Source: a virus (Duplodnaviria > Caudoviricetes). Taken from it: a stretch of 64,000 nt of DNA. The notes beneath the pieces were generated by a model. That model saw only the letters and a program-made list of their open reading frames with translations. It ran no database searches and had not been told where the DNA came from. Each line of letters begins with the position of its first letter. Position 1 is the stretch's first letter. The translations under genes and the position numbers were made by a program. Location: positions 15,842-79,841 of the IMG/VR virus record IMGVR_UViG_2937884906_000001, one strand, 5' to 3'. This document shows, in pieces, positions 1 through 9,511 of this stretch.

Positions 1-2
1 CC

Positions 3-1598
3 ATGCAGCCAACCGAGCGCAAGGCCATGGTCGACAGCGTCATCGGCCTGTCGGCGATCGACGACTTGGCCAAGTGGTGCGGCCAGGAGGCCAACAGCCT
101 GGCCTCTCTGATCTCTGGCATGGAGGACGGTCTGGTGAAGCCCACCAAGCCGGACCAGCCGGAAGGGTACGTCGAGAGCTCGGAGATCGCCGGCAATGTG
201 GCGCAGCTCCGCGCCCTGAATGACGAGCTGAACCAGATCAAGGGCCGCCTTGCACAACCCCGGCAGGCGCAGCCCGTGGAACCGGTTGCGAATTGCAATC
301 AGTCTGCGGGTGAGATCGAGCAGGAGCTGGATATGGCCCGCGCCTACGAGCAGGCCCAGGCCGAGCTCAAGCGCCTGCCGCCACCTCCCCCGGAGTTCTC
401 CGAGGAGGGCATCGACGATTGGGAACTGCGCGAGAAGATCCGGCGGAACTACCCGACCACGATGACGGCAGAGCAGATTGCGAAGGCCGATGCTGATGTG
501 GAACTAATCCGTCAGTTCGAGAGGCGCGACCACCTTCGGAAGCAATACGACGACCTCCGTGCTGTCGGAATGCACAATTGCCCGTCTTGCTCGTTCGAGT
601 GGCCGATCGAGGCCGCGCGTGTCAACGAGGTAGCCGAAAAGCTGTCCGTGGCGGAGGAACTGTTGGAAGGCCTGGAGCGGCCGAGCAAGCCCGACATGGT
701 CAACGTCGACGTGGCCCGTCGCCAGCTGCAGGCGTTCGACAAGGTCAGGGACGATTGGGAACGCGTAAAGGACGCTGTCCAGCCGGTGCATACGCGCCAG
801 CAGGTGGCGGAGTTCAAGGCCGCTCTCCAAGCTCAGGGACGCCGTGCAGAGCTCGAAGCCGTAGAGCCGGCCTCGGCGACGTCCAAGGAGCTCAACGCTC
901 TCTGGCGTGACCGCCTGGCCTACGAGCATGAGCTTTCCTCCTACCATGATCGTCGAAGGGCTTGGGAGGAGCTGGAGGTCAACCGCGTGATCGATGAGGA
1001 ACGTGCCGCTCAACTGGCTTCGGTACCTCACGAACTCACCAAGCTGGAGAAGGCCTACGACACGGCCAAGATCTACGAGGACCGGCTCGCCACCTACAAG
1101 CGCGAGCAGAAGGCCTACGCCGAGCGCCAGAAGGAGATCAAGGCGAGACGCGAGAAGGAACAGGGCTACCGGAAGGGTCGCGAGGCGCTGACGATCCTGC
1201 GCAAGCTCGTCAAACAGCACCTGATCCCATCCCTGAACAAGGTGGCAAGCCACTACATTTCAAGGATGACCGGCGGGCAGCGCAATGTGATCGAGGTCGA
1301 CGAGAACTTCGAGATCGTTGTCGACGGCCAGCCGCTGAACACATTGTCGGGCTCTGGCAAAGCCGTGGCAAACCTCTCGCTGCGTCTCGGTCTCGGTCAG
1401 GTCCTGACCAACAATGTGTTCTCGGTCTTCCTGGGCGACGAGATCGACGCTTCAATGGACGCCGATCGCGCGCACAATACTGCTCTTACCCTAGAGTATC
1501 TCGCAAGTCGTATCTCGCAGATCCTGTTGGTCAGTCACAAATACCCTCAAGCCGATTACTACATTGAGCTTGAGGCAAATGAAAAGAACACTGATTGA
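3..1598 (+). CDS. Rad50/SbcC/T4 gp46-like recombination ATPase, C-terminal part (probably truncated by window edge)
   Basis: Coiled coil, CPSC zinc hook, LSGSGK signature, Walker B VFLGDE, D-loop ASMD, H-loop LVSH. Confidence 0.85.
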   Translation: MQPTERKAMVDSVIGLSAIDDLAKWCGQEANSLASLISGMEDGLVKPTKPDQPEGYVESSEIAGNVAQLRALNDELNQIKGRLAQPRQAQPVEPVANCNQSAGEIEQELDMARAYEQAQAELKRLPPPPPEFSEEGIDDWELREKIRRNYPTTMTAEQIAKADADVELIRQFERRDHLRKQYDDLRAVGMHNCPSCSFEWPIEAARVNEVAEKLSVAEELLEGLERPSKPDMVNVDVARRQLQAFDKVRDDWERVKDAVQPVHTRQQVAEFKAALQAQGRRAELEAVEPASATSKELNALWRDRLAYEHELSSYHDRRRAWEELEVNRVIDEERAAQLASVPHELTKLEKAYDTAKIYEDRLATYKREQKAYAERQKEIKARREKEQGYRKGREALTILRKLVKQHLIPSLNKVASHYISRMTGGQRNVIEVDENFEIVVDGQPLNTLSGSGKAVANLSLRLGLGQVLTNNVFSVFLGDEIDASMDADRAHNTALTLEYLASRISQILLVSHKYPQADYYIELEANEKNTD

Positions 1599-1968
1599 CG
1601 AACTAGTTGAAGAAGAAATCCGGAAGACGGGCGGCAATCTCTCGATGGTCGCCCGTCGTCTTTCCATCCCATACCACTCGCTGGTGGCCCGCTTCGGCCC
1701 AACAGCAGTCTCCACACTTCCCCCCGCATGCCCCCGGCCCGACGACATCAAGGAACTCGGCCGGCCACATGTTCGCCAGCACGTGATCGCAATCAAGCGT
1801 TGCGGTACCGAATGGACAGCGGAGTTCGACGCGGTGTTGAAGGACGCCCGTCACAAGTTCGATCAGGGCACTCACGAGATGGCCCAGTCGATCGACCAGG
1901 GCTGGGTCGTCCAGTACCTGATCCCCCGCCGGAAACCGACCGCACCGCGGAGGTTCTTCCATGGCTGA
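1579..1968 (+). CDS. Hypothetical protein with N-terminal Fis-like HTH
   Basis: EEIRKTGGNLSMVARRLSIP resembles the Fis HTH; overlaps both neighbours. Confidence 0.55.
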   Translation: MKRTLIDELVEEEIRKTGGNLSMVARRLSIPYHSLVARFGPTAVSTLPPACPRPDDIKELGRPHVRQHVIAIKRCGTEWTAEFDAVLKDARHKFDQGTHEMAQSIDQGWVVQYLIPRRKPTAPRRFFHG

Positions 1969-2488
1969 CTCCGACATCCTCCTCAGCAACATGAAACTGG
2001 TCAACCCGCTGGACTTCCAGATCAGCGACGTTGATTTCAACGTATCCATCAAGGCCGTGAGCCGTCTGCCCCGCTACTCGGGACACACGACCAAGACCTA
2101 CCGCGTGGCCGAGCATCTAGTGAAGCTCTACCGCAGGGTGCCCAAGCACCTGCGCAAAGCTGCGCTGCTGCACGACCAGTCGGAAGGCTTCGGCCTGCTG
2201 GACCTGGCGCACCCGGTCAAGCGTGCGATCGACGGCTACAGCGCCCTGGAGAAGGCCATGCTCCGCGTGATCTTCGCTGCGGTCAACGAGCCGTGGGAGC
2301 ACATGGAGGAGCTCGAGCAATACGACCGTCGCATCTGCGCCGACGAGATGCTCCAGGTCTTCGCCTACCCCTGGTGCGCCAAGTTCTGGGAGCCGCTCGG
2401 CAACGTCAAAATCGAATTCTGGGGCGAGCGCCGGTGCGAGACTGAGCTGCGCAAGCTCTTCATCAAGGAGGGCCTGCTCAATGGCTAA
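1961..2488 (+). CDS. HD-domain nucleotide phosphohydrolase (YfbR/DatZ-like)
   Basis: RYSGH..YRVAEH and AALLHDQSE motifs of phage HD hydrolases. Confidence 0.8.
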   Translation: MADSDILLSNMKLVNPLDFQISDVDFNVSIKAVSRLPRYSGHTTKTYRVAEHLVKLYRRVPKHLRKAALLHDQSEGFGLLDLAHPVKRAIDGYSALEKAMLRVIFAAVNEPWEHMEELEQYDRRICADEMLQVFAYPWCAKFWEPLGNVKIEFWGERRCETELRKLFIKEGLLNG

Positions 2489-3077
2489 GCCCACCAACCC
2501 GAAGGCCGCCTTTGGCGACAAAAAGCCACCGCTCGCCTACATCCCGCTCTCCGCCCAGCTGGCGGAGCTGGAGGCCCTGTACGACGGGCTCCTGAAGTAT
2601 GAGCCTCACAACTGGCGTGACACCAAGGTCGAGGCAATGACCTACGTGGAGGCCGCGATGCGACACCTCCAACTCTGGAAGGTCGGTGAGGAGCTGACGC
2701 GCGACACGCTCGTCAAGAACCTCGGCGCGGTCAAGGCGTGTTGCACGATCCTGATCGACGCCATGGCCCACGGCACTCTGATCGACAACCGCCGGAAGTC
2801 TCAGGTGGAAGCGGATCTTCTCCATCAAGGCGAGGAGTGGGTCGAGCGCCTGAAGGCCGTCCAGGCTGAGCGTGTTCGTCAGCGACAGCAGGCGGCGACC
2901 GCGAAGGCACCGCCGGTCATCACCCGTCTCGATGACGATGGCTACCCCCTGGATGAACCCGCGCCAGTAAACACCGCCGCTGAAGGCACGCCTGTCCCCG
3001 TCGTCGACGGCTTCCTCGTCGACGGCTTCCTCGACGCCAGCGTGTTCCCGCCCTGGCCATACAGCCGCCCGCTGTGA
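2481..3077 (+). CDS. DUF5664-type dATP/dGTP diphosphohydrolase-like protein
   Basis: NPKAAFGDKKPPLAYIP...GLLKYEPHNWR...YVEAAMRHL motif set. Confidence 0.7.
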   Translation: MAKPTNPKAAFGDKKPPLAYIPLSAQLAELEALYDGLLKYEPHNWRDTKVEAMTYVEAAMRHLQLWKVGEELTRDTLVKNLGAVKACCTILIDAMAHGTLIDNRRKSQVEADLLHQGEEWVERLKAVQAERVRQRQQAATAKAPPVITRLDDDGYPLDEPAPVNTAAEGTPVPVVDGFLVDGFLDASVFPPWPYSRPL

Positions 3078-3139
3078 GCCCCTGCCCCTGGCCACGCGTC
3101 AGGGGCCACCCCTCCCCCACTTCAAAGACGAGTTTTCAA

Positions 3140-3694
3140 ATGATCACTGGAATGACCCTAAATCAACTCGCCGCCGAGTGCCACGCCAACAACGCGAAGT
3201 GGTGGCACGACCTGGAGACGGGCGCACGTCTCGACCGTGACAAGGGCGAGCTTATCATGCTCGTGCTCTCGGAGATCGCCGAGGCGATGGAAGGCGAACG
3301 CAAAGGCCTGATGGACGACAAGCTGCCACACCGCCCGATGCCGGAGGTGGAGTTGGTTGATGCCATCATCCGGCTTGGGGATTTCGCCGGAGCGTTCAGC
3401 TACCCGCTGCCGGAAGACACAACCATCCCCTTCTACTCGCTGCCGAACAACAAGGGCGCAGCCCTTCTGAAGATCAGCAAGGCGATCACCAAAGTCCACG
3501 ATCTCTGCAACAACAACTGCGCACCGGATATGATCGGCGAGCAGATCCGCAGGGCCCTCGACCTGATCAAGCAATATGCCCAGCACTGGGGCTACGACCT
3601 GAGTGGCGCCTACCACGAAAAGACGGCCTTCAACAAGGTCAGGAAAGATCACACCGCCGAACACCGCAAGGGAGTTGGCGGCAAAAAGTGGTGA
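3140..3694 (+). CDS. MazG-like NTP pyrophosphohydrolase
   Basis: SEIAEAMEGERK..MDDKLPHRPMPEVELVDAIIR and KTAFNKVRKDH; start moved to ATG 3140. Confidence 0.7.
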   Translation: MITGMTLNQLAAECHANNAKWWHDLETGARLDRDKGELIMLVLSEIAEAMEGERKGLMDDKLPHRPMPEVELVDAIIRLGDFAGAFSYPLPEDTTIPFYSLPNNKGAALLKISKAITKVHDLCNNNCAPDMIGEQIRRALDLIKQYAQHWGYDLSGAYHEKTAFNKVRKDHTAEHRKGVGGKKW

Positions 3695-3779
3695 TACTAT
3701 AGGGTGAGCAGAATGCATCACTCACATACAAGATGCTGATTTCCTACCTCTCAGTTCCTACCGAACTGAGAGGTTTTTT

Positions 3780-6188
3780 ATGTCCCGAGATTTCTTTCCG
3801 GGGATGGGCCAAGGCGTTGCCGAGCGTACCGTTTCCCGCCTCATCCTCACCGACGAAGCCAAGGCCGACTGGGCTGGTAAACGCTTCGCCAAGCTCAACC
3901 CCAAAGACCCTGACTACAAGTCCTGGTGGTCCGCGTTGAGCCTCACCTTCCCCCTGATCAAGATCACCGACGACGACAACGCACCGTTCATGGGCCGCCA
4001 GCCGGACACCCGGCGCGAGCGATGGGCCGACGTTGCCCTACGCGTGGCCGAGGGCAACACCTCGCTCGACCCGTACTGCCACGACCTGGAGCCGCTCAAC
4101 TACCATATCGCGGAGGGCACCATCCTCCTCTCCGGCCGCCACCTGCAGCATGGTGACATCCGCCAGAAAGACCGCCCGATGGAGGTCTTCACCAACTGCT
4201 CCACGGCGATGTTCCGCGCCATGACCTTCCAGCTGCTGCTCTCTGGCTCTGGCGTGGGCTCGAGCTACGACGACGCCCTGATGCTCGTCGACTGGACCAA
4301 GCAGCCCCGCGTGGTCTGCGTCATCGACAACACCCACCCTGACGTGCTCTCCGGCCTGATCACAGGCTACATGACGCCCCGTGAGGCTCTGCACCTCTAC
4401 GCCGGCGAGAAGACGATCTATCACATGGTCGGTGACAGCCGTGAAGGCTGGGCCGAGGGCGTCGAGCAGATCGAGGTCGCCACCTACAAGGGGCAGCACG
4501 ATCACGTTCTGATCCTCGACTATACCGAGGTCCGCGGGTTCGGCGAGCCGATCAAGGGCATGCAGAACCGGCCGGCCTCCGGCCCGGGCCCGCTCATGGG
4601 CGCGATCGCCAACGTCGCCCGCCTCCGCGACCTCAACATGCCCCGCTGGAAGGCCGCCATCATCGCCGACCACTATCTCGCCGAGTGCGTCCTGGTCGGT
4701 GGCGCCCGCCGCGCTGCGCGCATTGCGACCAAGTATTGGAAAGACCCAGGCATATTCGATTTCATCGACCTCAAGCGCCCGATCGAGTTCCTCGGCCGGA
4801 GCTGGGACGAGGTCGACGCCATGGCCGGCCTCCCGCAATACGGCTCGTTCCTCTGGTCCTCGAACAACTCGGTCGCGGTCGACGACGAGTTCTATGAATG
4901 CTTGCGCCAGGCGCGCAACCTCATCCGGAATGGGATTGCGCTCAACCATCAGCAGCGCTGGGCCTACATGCTCAACGAGGAGATGCAGCGCCGCCAGTAC
5001 CACGACCTGACCGGCGAGACCGGCTTCCTCAACGTGTCGAAGCTGAGCGTCAACCTCAAGGGCACCGACGACTATCTGGTCTACCCGTTCGCCAAGTTCG
5101 GCGGCGAGGACTTCAGGGAGATGCAGATCGCTCTGGCCGAGCTGGTGATGGACCACCACTACCAGTTCATCGTCAACCCGTGCGGCGAGATCGTGCTCTT
5201 CATCCTGGGCGCCTTCTGCGTGATCGGCGACCTGGCGCTCTTCCATGCCAACGACAGCTGGGAGGAGGAGCAGGCTGTGCGCCACATCACGCGCGCCCTG
5301 ATCCGCACCAACCTCATGTCTTCGATCTACGACCGGGAGGTCAAGCGCACGAACCGCATCGGCGTGTCCCTGACGGGCATCCTGGAATGGGCGATGCGCC
5401 GGTATGGGCTCAGCTTCAAGGATCTGATCGCGGTGGATGGTGACGGCGTCCAGATCCAGGACGCCAACCACAATCTGATGCTGGCGCCCAGCGTCCGCTC
5501 GATGCCCTTCTGGCTGCGCATGAGGGAGCTCGCCAATATCGTCGACGAAGAGGCTGGCACCTATAGCCAGGATCTCGGCGTCGTGTTCCCGCACACCCGC
5601 AGGACAATCAAGCCTGCTGGCACGACCAGCAAGCTGTTCGGCCTCACCGAGGGCGCTCACCTGCCGGCCATGCGGGAGTATCTCCGCTGGGTGCAGTTCC
5701 GCTCTGACGACCCGCTGGTGGCCGAGTATGCCGCCAAGGGCTACCCGACGAAAGAGCTGCAGAGCTACAAGGGCACGACGATCGTGGGCTTCCCCACGGC
5801 TCCGGTCATCTGCAACATGGGTGGCGAGGTCACCACCGCTGGCGAGGCCACGATGGAGGAGCAGTTCCGCTGGCTGCGCCTCCTGGAGACGTTCTGGATC
5901 GGCCGTGAGGGCGGCAACCAGGTCTCCTACACCCTGAAGTACGACCCCAAGAAGGTGAGCTACAAGGAATACTCGAAGGTCATGGACGCCAACATCAACC
6001 TGGTGCGCGCCGTGGCGGTCCTTCCCCAGGTCGAGACCCTATCCTACGAGTACCAGCCGGAAGAGCCGCTCACCAAGGCGCGCTATGAAGCGGTCGTCGC
6101 AGCCATCAACGAGCAGATGGCCGAGGACGTGGACAAGGTCCACATCGACTGCGCCGGCGGCGCATGCCCGGTCGACTTCGACAAGTGA
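3780..6188 (+). CDS. nrdJ: Class II (B12-dependent) ribonucleotide reductase, monomeric RTPR-like
   Basis: TNCS, NPCGEI, TIKPAGTTSKL and C-terminal CAGGACP; no small-subunit gene adjacent. Confidence 0.88.
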   Translation: MSRDFFPGMGQGVAERTVSRLILTDEAKADWAGKRFAKLNPKDPDYKSWWSALSLTFPLIKITDDDNAPFMGRQPDTRRERWADVALRVAEGNTSLDPYCHDLEPLNYHIAEGTILLSGRHLQHGDIRQKDRPMEVFTNCSTAMFRAMTFQLLLSGSGVGSSYDDALMLVDWTKQPRVVCVIDNTHPDVLSGLITGYMTPREALHLYAGEKTIYHMVGDSREGWAEGVEQIEVATYKGQHDHVLILDYTEVRGFGEPIKGMQNRPASGPGPLMGAIANVARLRDLNMPRWKAAIIADHYLAECVLVGGARRAARIATKYWKDPGIFDFIDLKRPIEFLGRSWDEVDAMAGLPQYGSFLWSSNNSVAVDDEFYECLRQARNLIRNGIALNHQQRWAYMLNEEMQRRQYHDLTGETGFLNVSKLSVNLKGTDDYLVYPFAKFGGEDFREMQIALAELVMDHHYQFIVNPCGEIVLFILGAFCVIGDLALFHANDSWEEEQAVRHITRALIRTNLMSSIYDREVKRTNRIGVSLTGILEWAMRRYGLSFKDLIAVDGDGVQIQDANHNLMLAPSVRSMPFWLRMRELANIVDEEAGTYSQDLGVVFPHTRRTIKPAGTTSKLFGLTEGAHLPAMREYLRWVQFRSDDPLVAEYAAKGYPTKELQSYKGTTIVGFPTAPVICNMGGEVTTAGEATMEEQFRWLRLLETFWIGREGGNQVSYTLKYDPKKVSYKEYSKVMDANINLVRAVAVLPQVETLSYEYQPEEPLTKARYEAVVAAINEQMAEDVDKVHIDCAGGACPVDFDK

Positions 6189-6193
6189 TCAAC

Positions 6194-6220
6194 GAAAGGG
6201 CCGCGTCAGCGGCCCTTTTC
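6194..6220. terminator. Bidirectional intrinsic terminator between convergent RNR and late operon
   Basis: GAAAGGGCCGC-GTCA-GCGGCCCTTTTC, with A and T tracts on both sides. Confidence 0.9.
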
Positions 6221-6518
6221 ATTTGCACTGATATCGATGCTGTTCGCCCGCCTTATTGTCCCAATGGATGCTGCTGACCTGCGGGAAAAACAGACAGAGC
6301 TGTTCGGCCGCCGACTGGCCCTTCGTGAGGTCCTTCCAGGAGACGAGAACCATCAGCTTGTCGTGATCCCACGAGGATGAGACCACCTCCTGGACGTTCC
6401 CGGTGCCGGCGATGGCGTCTTCAACTTGTTGGTGGGTTGGCCCCGAGGGCATCAGGGCGTACGCCAAGCCTGTGCCCGCGGCGAGAATGACGACTGCACC
6501 GGCGATGAGCTTTTTCAT
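6219..6518 (-). CDS. Small exported or membrane-anchored hypothetical protein
   Basis: MKKLIAGAVVILAAGTGLAYA signal-like N-terminus; GGGGGA SD. Confidence 0.7.
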   Translation of the reverse strand: MKKLIAGAVVILAAGTGLAYALMPSGPTHQQVEDAIAGTGNVQEVVSSSWDHDKLMVLVSWKDLTKGQSAAEQLCLFFPQVSSIHWDNKAGEQHRYQCK

Positions 6519-6544
6519 AGGTCCCCCGAATACTATAGGAAGAC

Positions 6545-6856
6545 CTATTTAGTGCGCGCCCTGCTCTCACGCAACAGTTTAGCCAGAGCTTTGGGGTCAC
6601 CGGCCGCGTCAATGATGGCGATAAGTCGCTTCCCGCAGCTGGACTTGGTCCTGTCCGACCGGATGAACTGGTCGATCTTGTCGAAGACCATGAGGTCGTC
6701 GATCGGCTTCCCCTCTGGAAACGGACCGACCATTGTGTCGAAGCAGGTCCGGAGATCCTCTGGGATCGGGGGGAGTTCAACCTTTCCAGAGGTTGCGCAC
6801 CCGGTCAGCATCATCACCGTCAAAACAGGTAGTGCGCTTCTTAGGCGTGATCGCAT
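6545..6856 (-). CDS. Outer-membrane spanin (Rz1-like lipoprotein)
   Basis: Lipobox MLTG-C, Pro-rich segment, overlaps i-spanin in another frame. Confidence 0.8.
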   Translation of the reverse strand: MRSRLRSALPVLTVMMLTGCATSGKVELPPIPEDLRTCFDTMVGPFPEGKPIDDLMVFDKIDQFIRSDRTKSSCGKRLIAIIDAAGDPKALAKLLRESRARTK

Positions 6857-7091
6857 CACGCTGCTCCTTTGCGTTCTTGTCGTATTGGGCGAGCTTCCCG
6901 GCATCGACGACAGCCTGGCTGGAGTCGGCTTCGAGGATCGCGACGTTGGTTTGCAGCTGCGTGACCTTGCTCTTGAGGGCGGCGATCTCGGCCGCCTTCT
7001 CGAACTTCATCCAGCCGGAGCCAAAGCCGGCCAGGAACACGCCGACACAGATGCCGGCGCGGAGCAGGAGCAGTTGCAACCAGGCAGGCAT
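6777..7091 (-). CDS. Inner-membrane spanin (Rz-like)
   Basis: N-terminal TM followed by coiled coil, directly after the endolysin. Confidence 0.8.
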   Translation of the reverse strand: MPAWLQLLLLRAGICVGVFLAGFGSGWMKFEKAAEIAALKSKVTQLQTNVAILEADSSQAVVDAGKLAQYDKNAKEQRDAITPKKRTTCFDGDDADRVRNLWKG

Positions 7092-7777
7092 CAGAGACCA
7101 CTCACGCAGATTTCGGCCTCGCCCTTGCGGTTCTTGTCCCCGTTCTCACGCCGGTTGACGAGACCGTCGAGACGCACACCCCCGGCCTTGTTGAAGGCGG
7201 TCAGAGCGGAACAGGCCCGGAGGTAGTTGTGTTTGCTGATCCAGTCCGCGCCGGTCGAGTTCTTCGCGGCCTTGACGCCGTAGTTGTAGGCGCCTGAGAG
7301 CAGTGAGGCCTGTACCGACACCGGAGCGACCGCGTAGTCCTTCACGCCGTCGACCAGCGGCAGATAGTAGTCGTGGGTGACGCGCTTGATCAGCATGGCC
7401 ACGCACTGCTCGCGCGTGAACTTCATCCCCTTCTTGATGTTGAGGGTCTCGCCATGGCAGACGGTCCACACAGGCTTCTTCGGGAGGGTGTCCAGATACG
7501 CGGTCAGGCGCAGCCCTTCCCAGGGCATGATCATCTCCTCGACCGCCAGCTTGACGGCCGGAGGGACTTTGCCGGCCGCGACCTGTTGGTGGATCAGCTT
7601 CTCGGGCGTGAGTGCAGGCGCCACGACGGCCGGACGGACCATCTGGACAACGGCAGGCGGCGTGTACGCCGGCGTAGGCTGATCGACGGCCTGCCAGCCG
7701 GAGGCGCCTGCGAAAATGAGGGCAGCGAGGACGGCGGCTTTTCCACGCTTGGTCGCCACGATTTTATTGATCGGCAT
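7091..7777 (-). CDS. Endolysin, GH24 lysozyme with signal/SAR-like N-terminus
   Basis: WEGLRLTAYLD...VWTVCHGET catalytic E-D-T; Ala/Gly-rich TM after KRGK. Confidence 0.88.
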   Translation of the reverse strand: MPINKIVATKRGKAAVLAALIFAGASGWQAVDQPTPAYTPPAVVQMVRPAVVAPALTPEKLIHQQVAAGKVPPAVKLAVEEMIMPWEGLRLTAYLDTLPKKPVWTVCHGETLNIKKGMKFTREQCVAMLIKRVTHDYYLPLVDGVKDYAVAPVSVQASLLSGAYNYGVKAAKNSTGADWISKHNYLRACSALTAFNKAGGVRLDGLVNRRENGDKNRKGEAEICVSGL

Positions 7778-7997
7778 TGCGAAAAACCTTCTGGCTGACA
7801 AAAACACTGCTGATGAAGGCCCCGGCCACGACCAGACCCGTGAGAATGCCCATCACCTGCGGTGAGAGCGTCAGGAAGGCCGGCAGATACGGGAGCATGG
7901 CCTGCATGCCAGCGAGGATGCCGGCAACCGCAAGGAAGCGGTTGCTCCACGCGTGTCGCAGCTTCTTCTTCCAGTCAGGGTGTAGCCACTTCTTCAT
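7764..7997 (-). CDS. Holin
   Basis: 77 aa, two TM segments, basic N-terminus, overlaps endolysin start. Confidence 0.7.
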   Translation of the reverse strand: MKKWLHPDWKKKLRHAWSNRFLAVAGILAGMQAMLPYLPAFLTLSPQVMGILTGLVVAGAFISSVFVSQKVFRNADQ

Positions 7998-8054
7998 GGC
8001 CCCTATATGGGACCGAAGGCCGTCATTGTTCGGCCTGTTGTGCTGCGCTGTGCA

Positions 8055-8399
8055 TCACGGTTTCGAGGGCGTGTTGTCCTGCTTGTACTGGACGTTACCA
8101 ACTGCGATCGTCAGCTTGGTCATCTCGCCGGTCATGGCCTCAACCTTGTCGAGGATCATTTTGTAGTCCTGGCGAGTCTGCTGGTTGGAAGCTTCGAGCT
8201 GAGCCTGGAGCTTGGCCACCTGGGTGTCCACCTTCGCGTCCAGCTTGGCGATGTCTTCCTTGGCCTGGGTCAGCACGAAGCCCTGATAGGTCACGTAGCC
8301 GACAGCGCTGAAGAGCACGCCGATAATGGAGACACATCCGACAATGGCCGAGATGACCTTGCCGTTGATGACGACCCCTTTGAGCTCTTCTGTGGACAT
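8055..8399 (-). CDS. Membrane protein with coiled coil (lysis-cassette associated)
   Basis: One TM then heptad repeats; GGAA SD. Confidence 0.6.
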   Translation of the reverse strand: MSTEELKGVVINGKVISAIVGCVSIIGVLFSAVGYVTYQGFVLTQAKEDIAKLDAKVDTQVAKLQAQLEASNQQTRQDYKMILDKVEAMTGEMTKLTIAVGNVQYKQDNTPSKP

Positions 8400-8456
8400 G
8401 GTGTTCCCTTAAACGCTCCCGGCAATATAGGGCTGAAGGCAAGGGATTGTTTGTCG

Positions 8457-8636
8457 CTACTGCTGCGCAATGATGCGTTCAGGAGGCGTGTCGGCGAAGG
8501 CCGCGGCGTACTGTCTCCGGACCTCCTGGATGATCCAGTCGGACGCGGTCTTGCCAGTCAGGCTGGAGAGCACCGCGAGCTTCGCACGGTCCTCGTCGGT
8601 GCCGTAGGCAATGATCCCTTTGTTGCGTTTAGGCAT
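8457..8636 (-). CDS. Small ribbon-helix-helix-like DNA-binding protein
   Basis: Beta-strand then two helices (EDRAKLAVLSSLTGKTASDWI). Confidence 0.5.
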   Translation of the reverse strand: MPKRNKGIIAYGTDEDRAKLAVLSSLTGKTASDWIIQEVRRQYAAAFADTPPERIIAQQ

Positions 8637-9018
8637 AAAACGCCGACCAATCAACGTTCGACGCCTGTTCGATCGCAGCAGGATTGGTGGCCTGTGCGAC
8701 TGCGGCCTTTGCTGCCAACCGCATGGTCTCGATCTGCGCCGAAATCGCCGTCCACTGCTCGGACATGGTCAGCACGATCACCGCCTGGTCATAAGGCGTG
8801 ATGCCGTTCAGGGCCGCCTCGGCGGTTATGTGTGGGATCTCGGATGGGGAGATGTCGAGTTGCGCCATCAGCAGCTCGGCCTCGACGCGCTTCTGCTGAT
8901 AGACCATCTCCTGGCCCGGTACCGATGTGATGAACAGTTTGCGCACCTCGCCGGCTGAGTTGTCGATCTTCTCCACGGCGGCGGCGCGCAGAGGCGTCAG
9001 GTTCTTACTCAGGAGCAT
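8629..9018 (-). CDS. Tail fibre assembly-like protein
   Basis: IDNSAGEVRKLFITSVPGQEMVYQQKRVEA, a common tail-accessory motif. Confidence 0.6.
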   Translation of the reverse strand: MLLSKNLTPLRAAAVEKIDNSAGEVRKLFITSVPGQEMVYQQKRVEAELLMAQLDISPSEIPHITAEAALNGITPYDQAVIVLTMSEQWTAISAQIETMRLAAKAAVAQATNPAAIEQASNVDWSAFYA

Positions 9019-9511
9019 GGGCAGTCACCTTGATGGTTTTGGCAATGTAGGGCCACTGGAGGAGCTCCAGCGTGTATTCGGCCGGCATGTCGGAGGAGAG
9101 TTCGAGCGTGCCGCCGGTGAGCGTCATCGGCTCGCCGTCGAGACGGACGTCACAGGGATCCGGAATGGAAAGCGTCTTGATGTCGACGCCATCGGCGATG
9201 ATCGAGATCTCATCCGGCAGATCCAGAACCGGCCGGGGAGTGACATGGTCATCGCCGGGGTTCGCGACATAGTCCGTCAGGATGTCACAGTTCTGGCTGA
9301 TCTTTCCGTTCGACACCATCTTCGGCGAGCCGTCTTCGTTATAACGAAGCTCACCGGTGTCCCAGTCCTTTTCATGCTCCAGAGGCGTTGGAAGGGGCGG
9401 CAGGTTCAGCACGCCACTCTCCTTGGCAAGCATCATCTCCAGAACGGTTTCATGAACCGGGTCGGAAATGATGTGGGTGATTTGACCCTTTTCGTCGTAT
9501 TCAACAATCAT
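9005..9511 (-). CDS. Tail-associated hypothetical protein
   Basis: Coupled ORF in the tail accessory block. Confidence 0.55.
   Translation of the reverse strand: MIVEYDEKGQITHIISDPVHETVLEMMLAKESGVLNLPPLPTPLEHEKDWDTGELRYNEDGSPKMVSNGKISQNCDILTDYVANPGDDHVTPRPVLDLPDEISIIADGVDIKTLSIPDPCDVRLDGEPMTLTGGTLELSSDMPAEYTLELLQWPYIAKTIKVTAHAPE

Noticed and set aside
3002-3031. GTCGACGGCTTCCTC tandem duplication
   Set aside because: A short in-frame VDGFL duplication in a low-complexity tail, with no evident function
3688-3704. SP6/T7-type phage RNA polymerase promoter (GGTGATACTATAGGG)
   Set aside because: No single-subunit RNAP in the window, upstream bases are not conserved among motif copies, and GTTGGC-N17-CTATAG also fits an alphaproteobacterial sigma70 promoter
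1961-6188. Calling this a Z-genome (2-aminoadenine) phage
   Set aside because: No purZ or DpoZ is visible in the window; the hydrolases alone are insufficient
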